The notes: a model not told the origin generated them from the letters alone. A stretch of DNA of 64,000 bases from an uncultured bacterium (GCA_963766885.1 CAVYBO010000002.1:293048-357047); one strand, 5' to 3'. Numbered from the stretch's first letter, positions 47,016 to 55,922 are shown. Numbers and translations: made by a program.

Positions 47016-48527
47016 TTAAGAAGATTTATTTTTGATTATTCTTACTATTCCTTTGTCTGCATCCACTTCAACCATATCACCATCTTTCAGAATTTTAGTA
47101 GCAATCTTGGTGCCAATGATACAGGGCTTCTTCATTTCACGGGCAATTATAGAGGCATGACAAGTGACACCGCCCTCATCCGTGACAAAGGCGGCCGCTT
47201 TCTGCATCGCCGGTAAGTAATCAGGACGAGTCATAACAGCAACCAAAACATCACCAGTCTGAACTTTATAAATTTCCTCAACACTCTCAATTATTTTTAC
47301 TTTACCCCTGACAATACCTTTGCTCGCTACAAATCCTTTTAATTCTTGATTTCCTTTCTTATATTCTCCGGTACCGATGCGATCCAGTTTTTCAATCAAA
47401 GGTAAATCAGTTGTAACATCATATTTGCCCTTAACCCAGAGAATAATGCAGTAGTTTATTCTTCTATCCAATTCTTTAGTGTCTATCTTTTCATTTAAAA
47501 CTGCTTCCATTTCTGGAGGAAAAGCATACTTCAATTGTTCCAAAGAATATTTGGTTCTTTTTGATATTTCTTCAAGCAGTTTACTGAAGTAGTGCGTTGC
47601 CCAGAAAGTTCCCTTTTTACGTTCATCCTGCCACCAGTTGAAATCGTCCGTGATTGCAAGCAAAGTGATTTCTTCTTTGGGTAACATAAGCGTTTTGATA
47701 AGGTGTAATTTTTGTTTCTTGTGATCCGAAGCAATTGATTTAATTTCATTTATTTTCTTATCGATTCCTTTAACATCAAGTTTCAGGTATTGATTAATTC
47801 TTTTTTCAAAAAATTCCTCTGTAAGAATATTATCCTTAACATAATTGTTTTGAGTCCAGAAATAATTTTTCTGATGTTTTTTAATAAGAGGATTTTTAAG
47901 TTTTGGATTTGCTTTTACTTTCTTTGCGACTTTTAGTAGCTCAATATCTTCTAACTGTAGGAACGATGTAAAAATTGGAGACGTTAGGATTCCGAAATAT
48001 TCTACAAACCTATTTTCCAATCCTTTGCTTTCAAGAAAGGTTTTAATTTTTGAAGCAATCAATGTGTCAGTACTTAAAGTAAAACCGTCAATTAATCCGG
48101 AGCTGTTCAATTTCTTGGTGTAAATATCAGCCAAACTATTATATTTATCCAAAAGTTCTTTCTTGCTTAAAGAACCGAGGTCAAGACTGTTTAATTTTAA
48201 GCAGTCCTTATAAAACCTTTCTTGCCAAGGCATAAAGTTACTAATCATCTTTCTACTAACTTTAGGATCTTTTTTTGAAGCTTTGATTATTTTGGAAGTT
48301 GTATATTCAAGCTCACCCAAATTGTGATACCAATCCGCTCTATGCTTTGAAAAACCGGCGTATGCAATTCTTTGACCATATTGGTACTTAGTTCTCTGAA
48401 TAGATGATATATGCGAATCACCTAGGAAAAACATAAAGTGGGGACAAGCATCAAATCGTTGCCTGTACCAAAGACTTTTTTCTATCTCCGGCAATCTTGA
48501 TTGTAGTAATTTAGAGTACTTAATCAT
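47016..48527 (-). CDS. PEP-utilizing-enzyme mobile-domain protein, paralog 1
   Basis: 503 aa. C-terminus ELKGFVASKGIVRGKV ... TDEGGVTCHASIIAREMKKPCIIGTKIATKILKDGDMVEVDADKGIVRIIK. Confidence 0.8.
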   Translation of the reverse strand: MIKYSKLLQSRLPEIEKSLWYRQRFDACPHFMFFLGDSHISSIQRTKYQYGQRIAYAGFSKHRADWYHNLGELEYTTSKIIKASKKDPKVSRKMISNFMPWQERFYKDCLKLNSLDLGSLSKKELLDKYNSLADIYTKKLNSSGLIDGFTLSTDTLIASKIKTFLESKGLENRFVEYFGILTSPIFTSFLQLEDIELLKVAKKVKANPKLKNPLIKKHQKNYFWTQNNYVKDNILTEEFFEKRINQYLKLDVKGIDKKINEIKSIASDHKKQKLHLIKTLMLPKEEITLLAITDDFNWWQDERKKGTFWATHYFSKLLEEISKRTKYSLEQLKYAFPPEMEAVLNEKIDTKELDRRINYCIILWVKGKYDVTTDLPLIEKLDRIGTGEYKKGNQELKGFVASKGIVRGKVKIIESVEEIYKVQTGDVLVAVMTRPDYLPAMQKAAAFVTDEGGVTCHASIIAREMKKPCIIGTKIATKILKDGDMVEVDADKGIVRIIKNKSS

Positions 48528-49549
48528 TTTAGTGTTGTAATGGGCCTGCTTTGAGTAATATAGAATTTTCTTTTCTCATATGCCCATTCGATATCACAAG
48601 GGAAATCGTAGTGATTTTCTATTTTTAAGATGAGATCTGAAAATTTCAATATTTCTTTGATAGAAAGGCATTGCTCATTAGCTTTTTTATTTGGGATGTT
48701 TTTCCAAACGTTGCCTCCAGTGGATTTTCTAAATAGCCCTTTTGATTTTTCTGAAACATTTACATCAATGATATTCCTTGGTTCTTTTTCAATTACATAG
48801 CTGTCTGGGGTGATTTGTCCAGAAACAATAGCTTCTCCGAGTCCCCAAGAGGCTTCAATGATCATTTGATTTCTATCTTCCGTAACAGGATGAACAGAGA
48901 AGACGATTCCTGATTTTTCACTATTTACCATTTTTTGGACTACTACAGCCACAGAAATATGAGTATCATTTAATCCTTTTTCAAATCGATAAAATATAGC
49001 TCTCGGGGTAAAAAGTGAAGCAAAACATCTTTTGATATTTTCTTCCAGATTTTTACTTGTTGTATTGAGAAAACTATCTAGTTGACCAGCCCAAGCATGC
49101 ATTGCCCCATCCTCTGCCGTGGCACTTGAACGGACAGCAACAAACTTTGCATTTAATTTCTTAAATGAAGTTTTTACTTCTTTCAGCATTTCTTTGGGCA
49201 TTTTTGCCTCAAGAATCATTTCTTTGATATCTTCGGAAGCTTTTTCAACTTCTTCCATTTCCTTATGGTTTATCTTGTCCAAAATTGCATCAATTTCTTG
49301 AGTTAGATCATTTTCGGATAGAAAGTATTCAAAAGAGCTTGAAAGTATTACAAATCCTGGTGGAACTGGGATTTTGGCATTTATCATTTCACCCAAAGAT
49401 GCCCCTTTACCACCGGCTATTGGAGAGTCGTTTTTGCCCAAATCCTTGAAAAATTTGATGTATTTCACACCAATATTATGCAGTAAATTCACATTATTAT
49501 AAAGGCTAAGAATAAGGCGTCTCGGGCGCAATAACCTAGCTCGTGTCAA
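48524..49549 (-). CDS. Stand-alone PPDK_N-type ATP-binding (ATP-grasp, pyruvate phosphate dikinase / PEP synthase / rifampin phosphotransferase N-terminal) domain protein
   Basis: 341 aa. VKYIKFFKDLGKNDSPIAGGKGASLGEMINAKIPVPPGFVI ... DIEWAY...ITQSRPIT matches the PF01326 start and end. No swivel or TIM-barrel domain. The true start may be an internal GTG (VNLLHNIGVKY), as the annotated N-terminal 25 aa are encoded by a GC-rich patch. Confidence 0.8.
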   Translation of the reverse strand: MTRARLLRPRRLILSLYNNVNLLHNIGVKYIKFFKDLGKNDSPIAGGKGASLGEMINAKIPVPPGFVILSSSFEYFLSENDLTQEIDAILDKINHKEMEEVEKASEDIKEMILEAKMPKEMLKEVKTSFKKLNAKFVAVRSSATAEDGAMHAWAGQLDSFLNTTSKNLEENIKRCFASLFTPRAIFYRFEKGLNDTHISVAVVVQKMVNSEKSGIVFSVHPVTEDRNQMIIEASWGLGEAIVSGQITPDSYVIEKEPRNIIDVNVSEKSKGLFRKSTGGNVWKNIPNKKANEQCLSIKEILKFSDLILKIENHYDFPCDIEWAYEKRKFYITQSRPITTLK

Positions 49550-49666
49550 CTGCGATCTAAGGTCTGGTGCGTACGTAGTTAGACGTCGTAAGGGTATTCT
49601 GACAACTTTTCATCTTCATGAGACACCCGTCTAGGTCTAAGTAAATTTCAAAATATAATGAACAGT
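49550..49666 (-). other. GC-rich, potentially structured 5' leader/intergenic element upstream of the phosphotransferase array
   Basis: An approx. 115-nt patch (plus strand ...cgtctcgggcgc...ggtctggtgcgtacgtagttagacgtcgtaagggtattctgac...gagacacccgtctaggtc) is far above local GC. Contains complementary TAGACG/CGTCTA and palindromic ACGTACGT. Confidence 0.3.
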
Positions 49667-50806
49667 TTATTGCTCTAGAGTCTTTCTCCCTTCCTCAAGT
49701 TCACTACCAGAAAAAACCGTGCTCTTTTTATCCCAATCATTTGTGATTAAATCTGCCTTACGTTTTAACAATTCTATCAATTTGTCGGTATCAATATCTC
49801 CTTCAAAAAGAAAAGCGTAATTTGGATCTTGTTTCAGAATTTTTACCATTTTTTCTTTAGTTGTCCATGGATCATTATCATGTAGAACAACTTTTACATG
49901 ACTAAGGGAATCTTCAAATAAAACAGTATTCTTACTTCCTACTTCTGAGCCGATTGAAACAACCATGCTTTCAGGTGCATCTAATTTTCCAACTGATGTA
50001 ATCTTAACCTGAACCCTAGTATCTTTATGATCTTCTCGTTGGTGATGACGACCAAGGATATATGAATCCTCGTATTGAATCTCGGCTTCACTCACTTTAT
50101 CTTGACGCATTCTTAAATATCTAAGCCACCTTACTGGTGTTTTTGCAGAATCCCACTCAAAAATACCTTCATCCATCCGATTGAATTCTGAATTAACTAG
50201 TTTTTTACTTCCAACTGGATCAAGTTCATAAACCATTTCAGCTGAACCGTACGGAGAATCAGTTTGATTTTCTGAGGCTGTGTTTATAGTCGCAAACGAT
50301 TTATTCATTAAAGAATCTCTAACAAACATAAATTGAATATTCCCGAGGCCTTCACTAGGCGCAGGTTCAGATACACTGATCTCGCGAATCTTATCATCAG
50401 TTTGGGATCGCTTAGGAACCGTAGACAATTTAATGAGCCGCATATTAGTGCCCTTTGCATAATACGGATCAAATCGATCTTCAAAGGAAACTGCCCAATA
50501 TTTTCCTGGATATTCAGCAATAATTGGATAAAATTTCTGCGGCAATTCTATCGCAAACGGATTATCTGAAAACTCATTATTCACATCAGAATATCTAAAA
50601 CCTCCTTCATGTCCCAAATTATTATCCTGAGCAAATTCAAAAAGTTCTCTAGTAAGCCCGAAGAGATTCATCACCTCTTGCCTATTAACAGTAGCAAGAG
50701 TTTCTGGTTGTTCAGAAAGAGTATCTGGCGCCTCTTCAACATTATCGGGCTGATCACCTTGTTTAACTTTAAAAGCTTTTAGACTTCTTTCGAAAGGATT
50801 GTCCAT
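49667..50806 (-). CDS. Hypothetical protein (379 aa), immediately upstream of and co-oriented with the phosphotransferase array
   Basis: No recognisable domain. Acidic N-terminus. Confidence 0.45.
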   Translation of the reverse strand: MDNPFERSLKAFKVKQGDQPDNVEEAPDTLSEQPETLATVNRQEVMNLFGLTRELFEFAQDNNLGHEGGFRYSDVNNEFSDNPFAIELPQKFYPIIAEYPGKYWAVSFEDRFDPYYAKGTNMRLIKLSTVPKRSQTDDKIREISVSEPAPSEGLGNIQFMFVRDSLMNKSFATINTASENQTDSPYGSAEMVYELDPVGSKKLVNSEFNRMDEGIFEWDSAKTPVRWLRYLRMRQDKVSEAEIQYEDSYILGRHHQREDHKDTRVQVKITSVGKLDAPESMVVSIGSEVGSKNTVLFEDSLSHVKVVLHDNDPWTTKEKMVKILKQDPNYAFLFEGDIDTDKLIELLKRKADLITNDWDKKSTVFSGSELEEGRKTLEQ

Positions 50807-50993
50807 GTAAAAAATATAACATATTTCTCACTATTAGACCGAGTTCGGCTAGTGTGAATCCTTGTCCCTGACCAGTCATGGACTCCCACCAAATTAGACT
50901 TGTAAGCAGTTTTTATAAATACACCTATTTTATAGCCCATTTTATATGGAGTGTTTGGAATTTTCAAATACAATGCGCTACAATTAAATTGCT

Positions 50994-51443
50994 ATGAAAG
51001 TAGGAGATGACACTAGAGAAAGGTATAAAAAAGCTATTAATGAGTCCTTCGTTAAGGACCCTTTTATGCCCTTGAGAGATTTACAAAAATATCTTGAAAA
51101 GAAAGGGGTCTATATTTCGAATTTGAATTACCTCAGTGAACTACGTAAAGAAGTCACAAAAGATAATGCTAAAAACGTTAAGGAAGAAACTCGATATAAA
51201 AAATACTCAGAATATTCAGAAAGCTGTCGTATCCTTAGAACTGAGTTATTTAAAATTGCTATTCCTGGATGTCTTGGTGGAAATGATCCTGAAACGACCC
51301 CCAAAGAAAAAATTGCTGCTATAAATGAACTCATGAAACTTGACAAGAACTTAGTTGAAGTTGGATTTATTCTCGGAATATTTGAAGAACATGAGCCCCC
51401 AGTAAATCTAAGAACTGGTAAAGTAAACTATAAACCTCATTGA
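50994..51443 (+). CDS. Hypothetical protein
   Basis: 149 aa, Lys/Glu-rich. No domain recognised. Confidence 0.4.
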   Translation: MKVGDDTRERYKKAINESFVKDPFMPLRDLQKYLEKKGVYISNLNYLSELRKEVTKDNAKNVKEETRYKKYSEYSESCRILRTELFKIAIPGCLGGNDPETTPKEKIAAINELMKLDKNLVEVGFILGIFEEHEPPVNLRTGKVNYKPH

Positions 51444-51453
51444 TTAATTTTCC

Positions 51454-52278
51454 CTAAACAAATTTTTGATTGTTTAATATTAAGTTATAAATCTCTGAAA
51501 GAAAATGTGCAAAAGATAATTCATCCATTATATAAGAAGATGGATGAGCGCAACTATTTCTTATATCAAAAAGATGTAAGATTGCTTGAAGTTGATTTAA
51601 ATCTAGAGAAATCATACCGGAAATTATAATAGTTAGGTCTTTTTCAAAAACCTCTTGTAATTCATTTTCAATTTTAATATTAAATTCTTTATTAAATTTT
51701 TTATAAAATCCAGACTGACTTGCTTTTAGTTTTTTTGATGTTGAGTTGAAACTAGCAAAACCTTTTTTTATTACAAAATCACGAAGTCTATCGACAACGG
51801 CACATCCTGCCATAACAGTCGCTGCTTTATAACATTGATTTTTTGCAGCCCTAAAAGCTTCTTCGTAGTATTGTCTTTCATCATTCGAAGTAATCTTTAC
51901 AAGAATTTTTTGAGATATACCTTCCCAAACCATCGGCGAGGAGCGCCCAGTTCTAATCATCGGGATCAAAATATCTCTCTGTATATTTTTTCTTAAGGGA
52001 CTCAAAAGCGCAATGTATGAACTTTTTCTGTTATTAGCAGTTGACATTTGGATCATCTTTTCCATTACTGAATCTACTTTGTTTATCTCTTCGTCAGAAA
52101 TAACAGACTCTTTTCTTATTTTGGTCGAAAACTCCTCAAACCAACGGCTTGAAAGATTAGATATTTTATCTTTAAGATTTTTTTGAGAGATAAAAGCAGA
52201 TTTGTTTGCTCTTATCTTGTTTACTACATCATCGACATACGTTAGATAGGTCTCAAGTTCCTCTATTATTTCTTTCAT
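51454..52278 (-). CDS. Putative HEPN-domain protein (Rx4H motif), abortive-infection-like
   Basis: 274 aa. C-terminal LHLFDIRNSCAHPSSY contains R-x4-H in the context typical of HEPN RNase motifs. Otherwise alpha-helical. Confidence 0.45.
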   Translation of the reverse strand: MKEIIEELETYLTYVDDVVNKIRANKSAFISQKNLKDKISNLSSRWFEEFSTKIRKESVISDEEINKVDSVMEKMIQMSTANNRKSSYIALLSPLRKNIQRDILIPMIRTGRSSPMVWEGISQKILVKITSNDERQYYEEAFRAAKNQCYKAATVMAGCAVVDRLRDFVIKKGFASFNSTSKKLKASQSGFYKKFNKEFNIKIENELQEVFEKDLTIIISGMISLDLNQLQAILHLFDIRNSCAHPSSYIMDELSFAHFLSEIYNLILNNQKFV

Positions 52279-52286
52279 TTAATTTC

Positions 52287-52889
52287 CTAAGAGGCAAGCT
52301 CTTTTACCAAATCTGCAGCTAACTTTTTACCAATTGGAGAAAGTTTGTTTGTTGTTCCAGGTTTAAATCCAGCAAAAATTTCTTTCATTGCTTTAAGATT
52401 TGTTGTAAAATTTGCAGCGTCATATGTACCATAAGTCACACACATTTCTCTAAGCTCCTCAGTTGGGACATCAAAAGAGCCCTCCATAAATTGATGTCTT
52501 ATTCCTATAAGCAATGCAAGATTTTTTTGTCTTCGGCTAGTTTTATTAGATTTAAGATCAGTGACTTCAATACTTATATTCCCTAATTCATCTATACTAA
52601 AAACTTTACGGATTAAATCATCACTAATACCGTTTGGGGTTGTAAAGACTTTTATTCTTTTGTTTACTTCATTAGGAATATCTGATACACCCGCAACAAT
52701 AGTATCAGTTATTGAAACCGGAGGTTTATGAGATTCTCCTTTTAGCAAAGAATTTAAGAGAATTTCGAAGCATTTTTCCTGAAGGTTTTGGGGGCACAAT
52801 TTAACTAGTTCAAGAATTTCCTTTAACTCTTTTTTAAAATCATCTTTTTGCATGGCTAAAATAATAACACAAATTTCTTTATAGGCCAA
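52287..52889 (-). CDS. Hypothetical protein (200 aa), in an operon with the flanking defence-like genes
   Basis: 8-nt gap to the downstream HEPN gene. No known domain. Confidence 0.4.
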   Translation of the reverse strand: MAYKEICVIILAMQKDDFKKELKEILELVKLCPQNLQEKCFEILLNSLLKGESHKPPVSITDTIVAGVSDIPNEVNKRIKVFTTPNGISDDLIRKVFSIDELGNISIEVTDLKSNKTSRRQKNLALLIGIRHQFMEGSFDVPTEELREMCVTYGTYDAANFTTNLKAMKEIFAGFKPGTTNKLSPIGKKLAADLVKELAS

Positions 52890-52958
52890 GCTTATTTTGA
52901 ACTACTCTTAGATCTTCTAACATAATTCTAAACAGCCGTATCTCTTGATAAATAATTA

Positions 52959-54359
52959 TTAATATCTTGTATCTACATAATATCCATTCCTACCATTGCA
53001 AGGATAGCCATCTTTAGTTTTATGGGGACTTAATGTCACATTACCATATGTGCTTCTAGTAAAGCGTCTACCACAATAACTACATTCATAAATATATTTC
53101 GGACCAGAAAAACTTCTCGCTATAACAGATCTATGTCTTGCCGCACGAAATGGTTTGTTTATATCAAAAAAATAAGGATTTTCTGGTCTTTCTCCGGATT
53201 TGGATAACTCTATTTGATATCGAGGAATAAATTTTTCTTCTGTGTTTACTATCCCTTCAACTTTATCTGCAACAAAACATCTTACACCGACTCCGCTACC
53301 ACCACTAAGATTATAGGCGTAAAAATACTCCCGTTGAGATCCGTCCTTGCGTTGCATATATTTTAGCGAGTATGGTTCAATCATTCTATCTGAATCTGTG
53401 TAACGGATTTTCAAAAGAGTTTGTTCTCTTGCACCTTTCATTATTACTGCACGCGCCTCAGGACTGAAATATACAAACTGAGCATACCCGTTGTCGGTAT
53501 AAATACCAAAAAGAGATTCAACGTCAGATACAAAAGATGTGATAGCATCTTCTACATCAATAAAAAGTTGTTTTGCACAGACTATACCTTTTACCCAATA
53601 GGTTCTGAAATAATCAAAAGCTGTCATCTTCAGTACATCTTTTAACGCGTAAGGATTTCTTTCAAAAATGGTCTTTTTTACAAAGGTTTGTACCACCTCC
53701 TCTTTATTCAAGTTTCCTCCTAACAACCGGATTGAGTGGACATAGTCAAACAAATCTGGAGCATGCTGTCTTTGCATTAAACATTTTAGTTTTGTTGCAA
53801 TTATCTCCTCAAGTTTCATACACCTGATCTTACATACGACCTCAGCAGCATCAGAATAAGGATGAATAAGATAAACATCTTGTATATCGAGAAGAACTTT
53901 ATCGAATCTAGTGATATCCATCGATATCTTTATTTTCATATGATCTGATCCTCCATTAAAATCCTTAAAATAGATTCGTGCTTCATATACTTTCAAGCCA
54001 GGTATTGGGGCTTCGGCTGCTGCAAACTTTTCTTCAATTTTATTATCTTCTTTAACAAAAGTTATACCTGCTTTTTCCTGAATAAAATCACAAACCTTAT
54101 TGATTTCACCCAATAGTAAATTTTGATCAATATCACCCATGATTCCAAAATCTAAGTCTGAAGAAAATCGAGTATTTTCAAAATACCCTTTACGAAGAGC
54201 ATTTCCTCCTTTTAGAAAGATCTCATTTTTTAGATCACTTATTGTGAAAAGGCCAAAAAGAAACCAGCCAAATAGATAATCCCTTTCGACGTTGGTCGGG
54301 TGAATCTCAAATTCTTTTGATTTCGCTTCAATTTCGTCTCTTAGAATCATAACCGCCAT
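52959..54359 (-). CDS. AbiEii/DUF1814-type nucleotidyltransferase fused to a WYL domain and C-terminal zinc ribbon
   Basis: 466 aa. NTase core FLKGGNALRKGYFENTRFSSDLDFG (AbiEii KGGTAL...RFSEDIDF-like pol-beta fold). WYL-like LLKIRYTDSDRMIEPYSLKYMQ...REYFYAYN...VRCFVADKVEGI. C-terminal YECSYCGRRF...CNGRNG. Confidence 0.7.
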   Translation of the reverse strand: MAVMILRDEIEAKSKEFEIHPTNVERDYLFGWFLFGLFTISDLKNEIFLKGGNALRKGYFENTRFSSDLDFGIMGDIDQNLLLGEINKVCDFIQEKAGITFVKEDNKIEEKFAAAEAPIPGLKVYEARIYFKDFNGGSDHMKIKISMDITRFDKVLLDIQDVYLIHPYSDAAEVVCKIRCMKLEEIIATKLKCLMQRQHAPDLFDYVHSIRLLGGNLNKEEVVQTFVKKTIFERNPYALKDVLKMTAFDYFRTYWVKGIVCAKQLFIDVEDAITSFVSDVESLFGIYTDNGYAQFVYFSPEARAVIMKGAREQTLLKIRYTDSDRMIEPYSLKYMQRKDGSQREYFYAYNLSGGSGVGVRCFVADKVEGIVNTEEKFIPRYQIELSKSGERPENPYFFDINKPFRAARHRSVIARSFSGPKYIYECSYCGRRFTRSTYGNVTLSPHKTKDGYPCNGRNGYYVDTRY

Positions 54360-54430
54360 TATACCCCTCTAGGTCATTTGGTACGATTTTTAAACGGCTG
54401 GACGTCTGGAACGATGTTGGAACTGTATTG

Positions 54431-55121
54431 CTAAGATAGCCAAGTGATACCATCTTTGTCTATTCGTGCCGAATTAATCGGTAATCCTATGTCTGGCGTG
54501 CCAGCGTCAATTTCAAGTTGTACAAGAAATCTCGCTCCTTTTTCTGTCGAAATGATACTCCCGGTACCATGTTTTTTTAGATATTCTTGAATTACTTTAG
54601 CGTGGCCAAGATAAAAAATATGTCTACCTGCAAGTCGCTCTGTGTCAATAATTAGTTCTCCTTTTTCATTTAACTTTGCAGCGAAACGAATAGCGATAGT
54701 AGAAGGCCCATCCATTCTCCCAATGAGCAAGAATGACACATGTTCCTTTCTTATCACCTTCAGTTTCATTTTTAAAAACATCTGGTTCATTAGTTTTAAT
54801 TTTAAGTAAGAATTTCTTAAGCGCTTCCGAAATATTTGTTTCTAATTTATTAATTGTACTAGGAACTGTCTGACCATCCTGTATGGAAGCTTCAACTATT
54901 TTAGCTACATCAAAATCCCCACCGTGATGTTTTACCAAACCACTTACCCCGAAGAGATTGTCTTTATATTCAAAAAGTTTTTTTACTTCACTTTGACTTT
55001 TTTGTTTTCCTCCACCAACAAAAGTACCCATTCCGTCAGCTGCAATTACAACCATTTGAGAATTTTGAATTGCAACAATAGTTGTTCCATAACGTATTGT
55101 TTTTTTGATTTTTTTTATCAT
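54431..55121 (-). pseudogene. HslV / proteasome-beta-like Ntn hydrolase with a 12-aa propeptide, split across two frames (frameshift or sequencing error)
   Basis: Frame 1 (55121-54666): MIKKIKKTIRYG|TTIVAIQNSQMVVIAADGMGTFVGGGKQ...[26 protein letters not shown] aligns with HslV [21 protein letters not shown]...[23 protein letters not shown]. Frame 2 (54790-54431) continues with HVSFLLIGRMDGPSTIAIRF..., proteasome-like. The two frames overlap by 125 nt. Confidence 0.6.
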
Positions 55122-55163
55122 TATAAATTGGAAACAATAAAATAGATACTCCTTTTAATTGGC

Positions 55164-55838
55164 TCAATTTTCTTCAATATTTTGTAGTAGTTTACTCATA
55201 AGAGTAAAAACCCTATCGAAATTCTTCTTCGAATCTAATTTAGTTTTTTGTCCTATCGGTACTAAAGATTTAATAACCCTTTTCATTTCATTTCGAAATT
55301 TTGAGTTTGTTTTATTCCCCGAATGCTGAATTATATTTCTTATAGAATTTAAAACATTAAAATAATGCCCCTGTTTATCATCTTTAAAGACTTTAATATT
55401 AAATTTTTCTAATAAAAATTTTTTCCACTCTTTGATTTCGTAGGATTTATTAATAGCAAATGCATCAATAAAATATTCTTTTACTTCCTCAACATTAGAA
55501 AAATCTTTTACGTCATCATATGTTGCCACTTTATCAGAAGAGTAGGACTCAGGATATTTAACAAAAAGCTCTTTCAAAAACTCAAACATAAAACATTCAA
55601 AATTAGAGAAAAAGGCAACAAAACCCAATTCGTAGAGTTTATCAATCTGTTTTGGATCTACTTCAAGTAAATCCTTAAATTTTTCATAATCAGGTCGCGT
55701 CTTTGCTTTTGTATAGTTCAAAAATTCTTGAGTGGCAATCGTTTGAGCTTCTAGTGCACGTATAAGTTTATAGGTAGCCTGAAGTTCACCCTTTAGATTT
55801 ATTACTGAATCAAATTTATTTAAGTTTTTTATAGTCAC
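55164..55838 (-). CDS. Putative HEPN-domain protein (Rx4H motif)
   Basis: 224 aa. C-terminal NVLNSIRNIIQHSGN contains R-x4-H. All-alpha. Confidence 0.45.
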   Translation of the reverse strand: MTIKNLNKFDSVINLKGELQATYKLIRALEAQTIATQEFLNYTKAKTRPDYEKFKDLLEVDPKQIDKLYELGFVAFFSNFECFMFEFLKELFVKYPESYSSDKVATYDDVKDFSNVEEVKEYFIDAFAINKSYEIKEWKKFLLEKFNIKVFKDDKQGHYFNVLNSIRNIIQHSGNKTNSKFRNEMKRVIKSLVPIGQKTKLDSKKNFDRVFTLMSKLLQNIEEN

Positions 55839-55922
55839 TTAAATGAAGATAGGTCTAATAGTTTGGGATTTTTCATAAAAGATGCTTATAATTTGTTTTT
55901 CATTCATATAACGACTTTTTAA

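Noticed and set aside
54431-55121. Treating 54431-54790 and 54666-55121 as two separate genes
   Set aside because: Both frames carry consecutive parts of a single HslV/proteasome-beta fold, so it is one interrupted gene.
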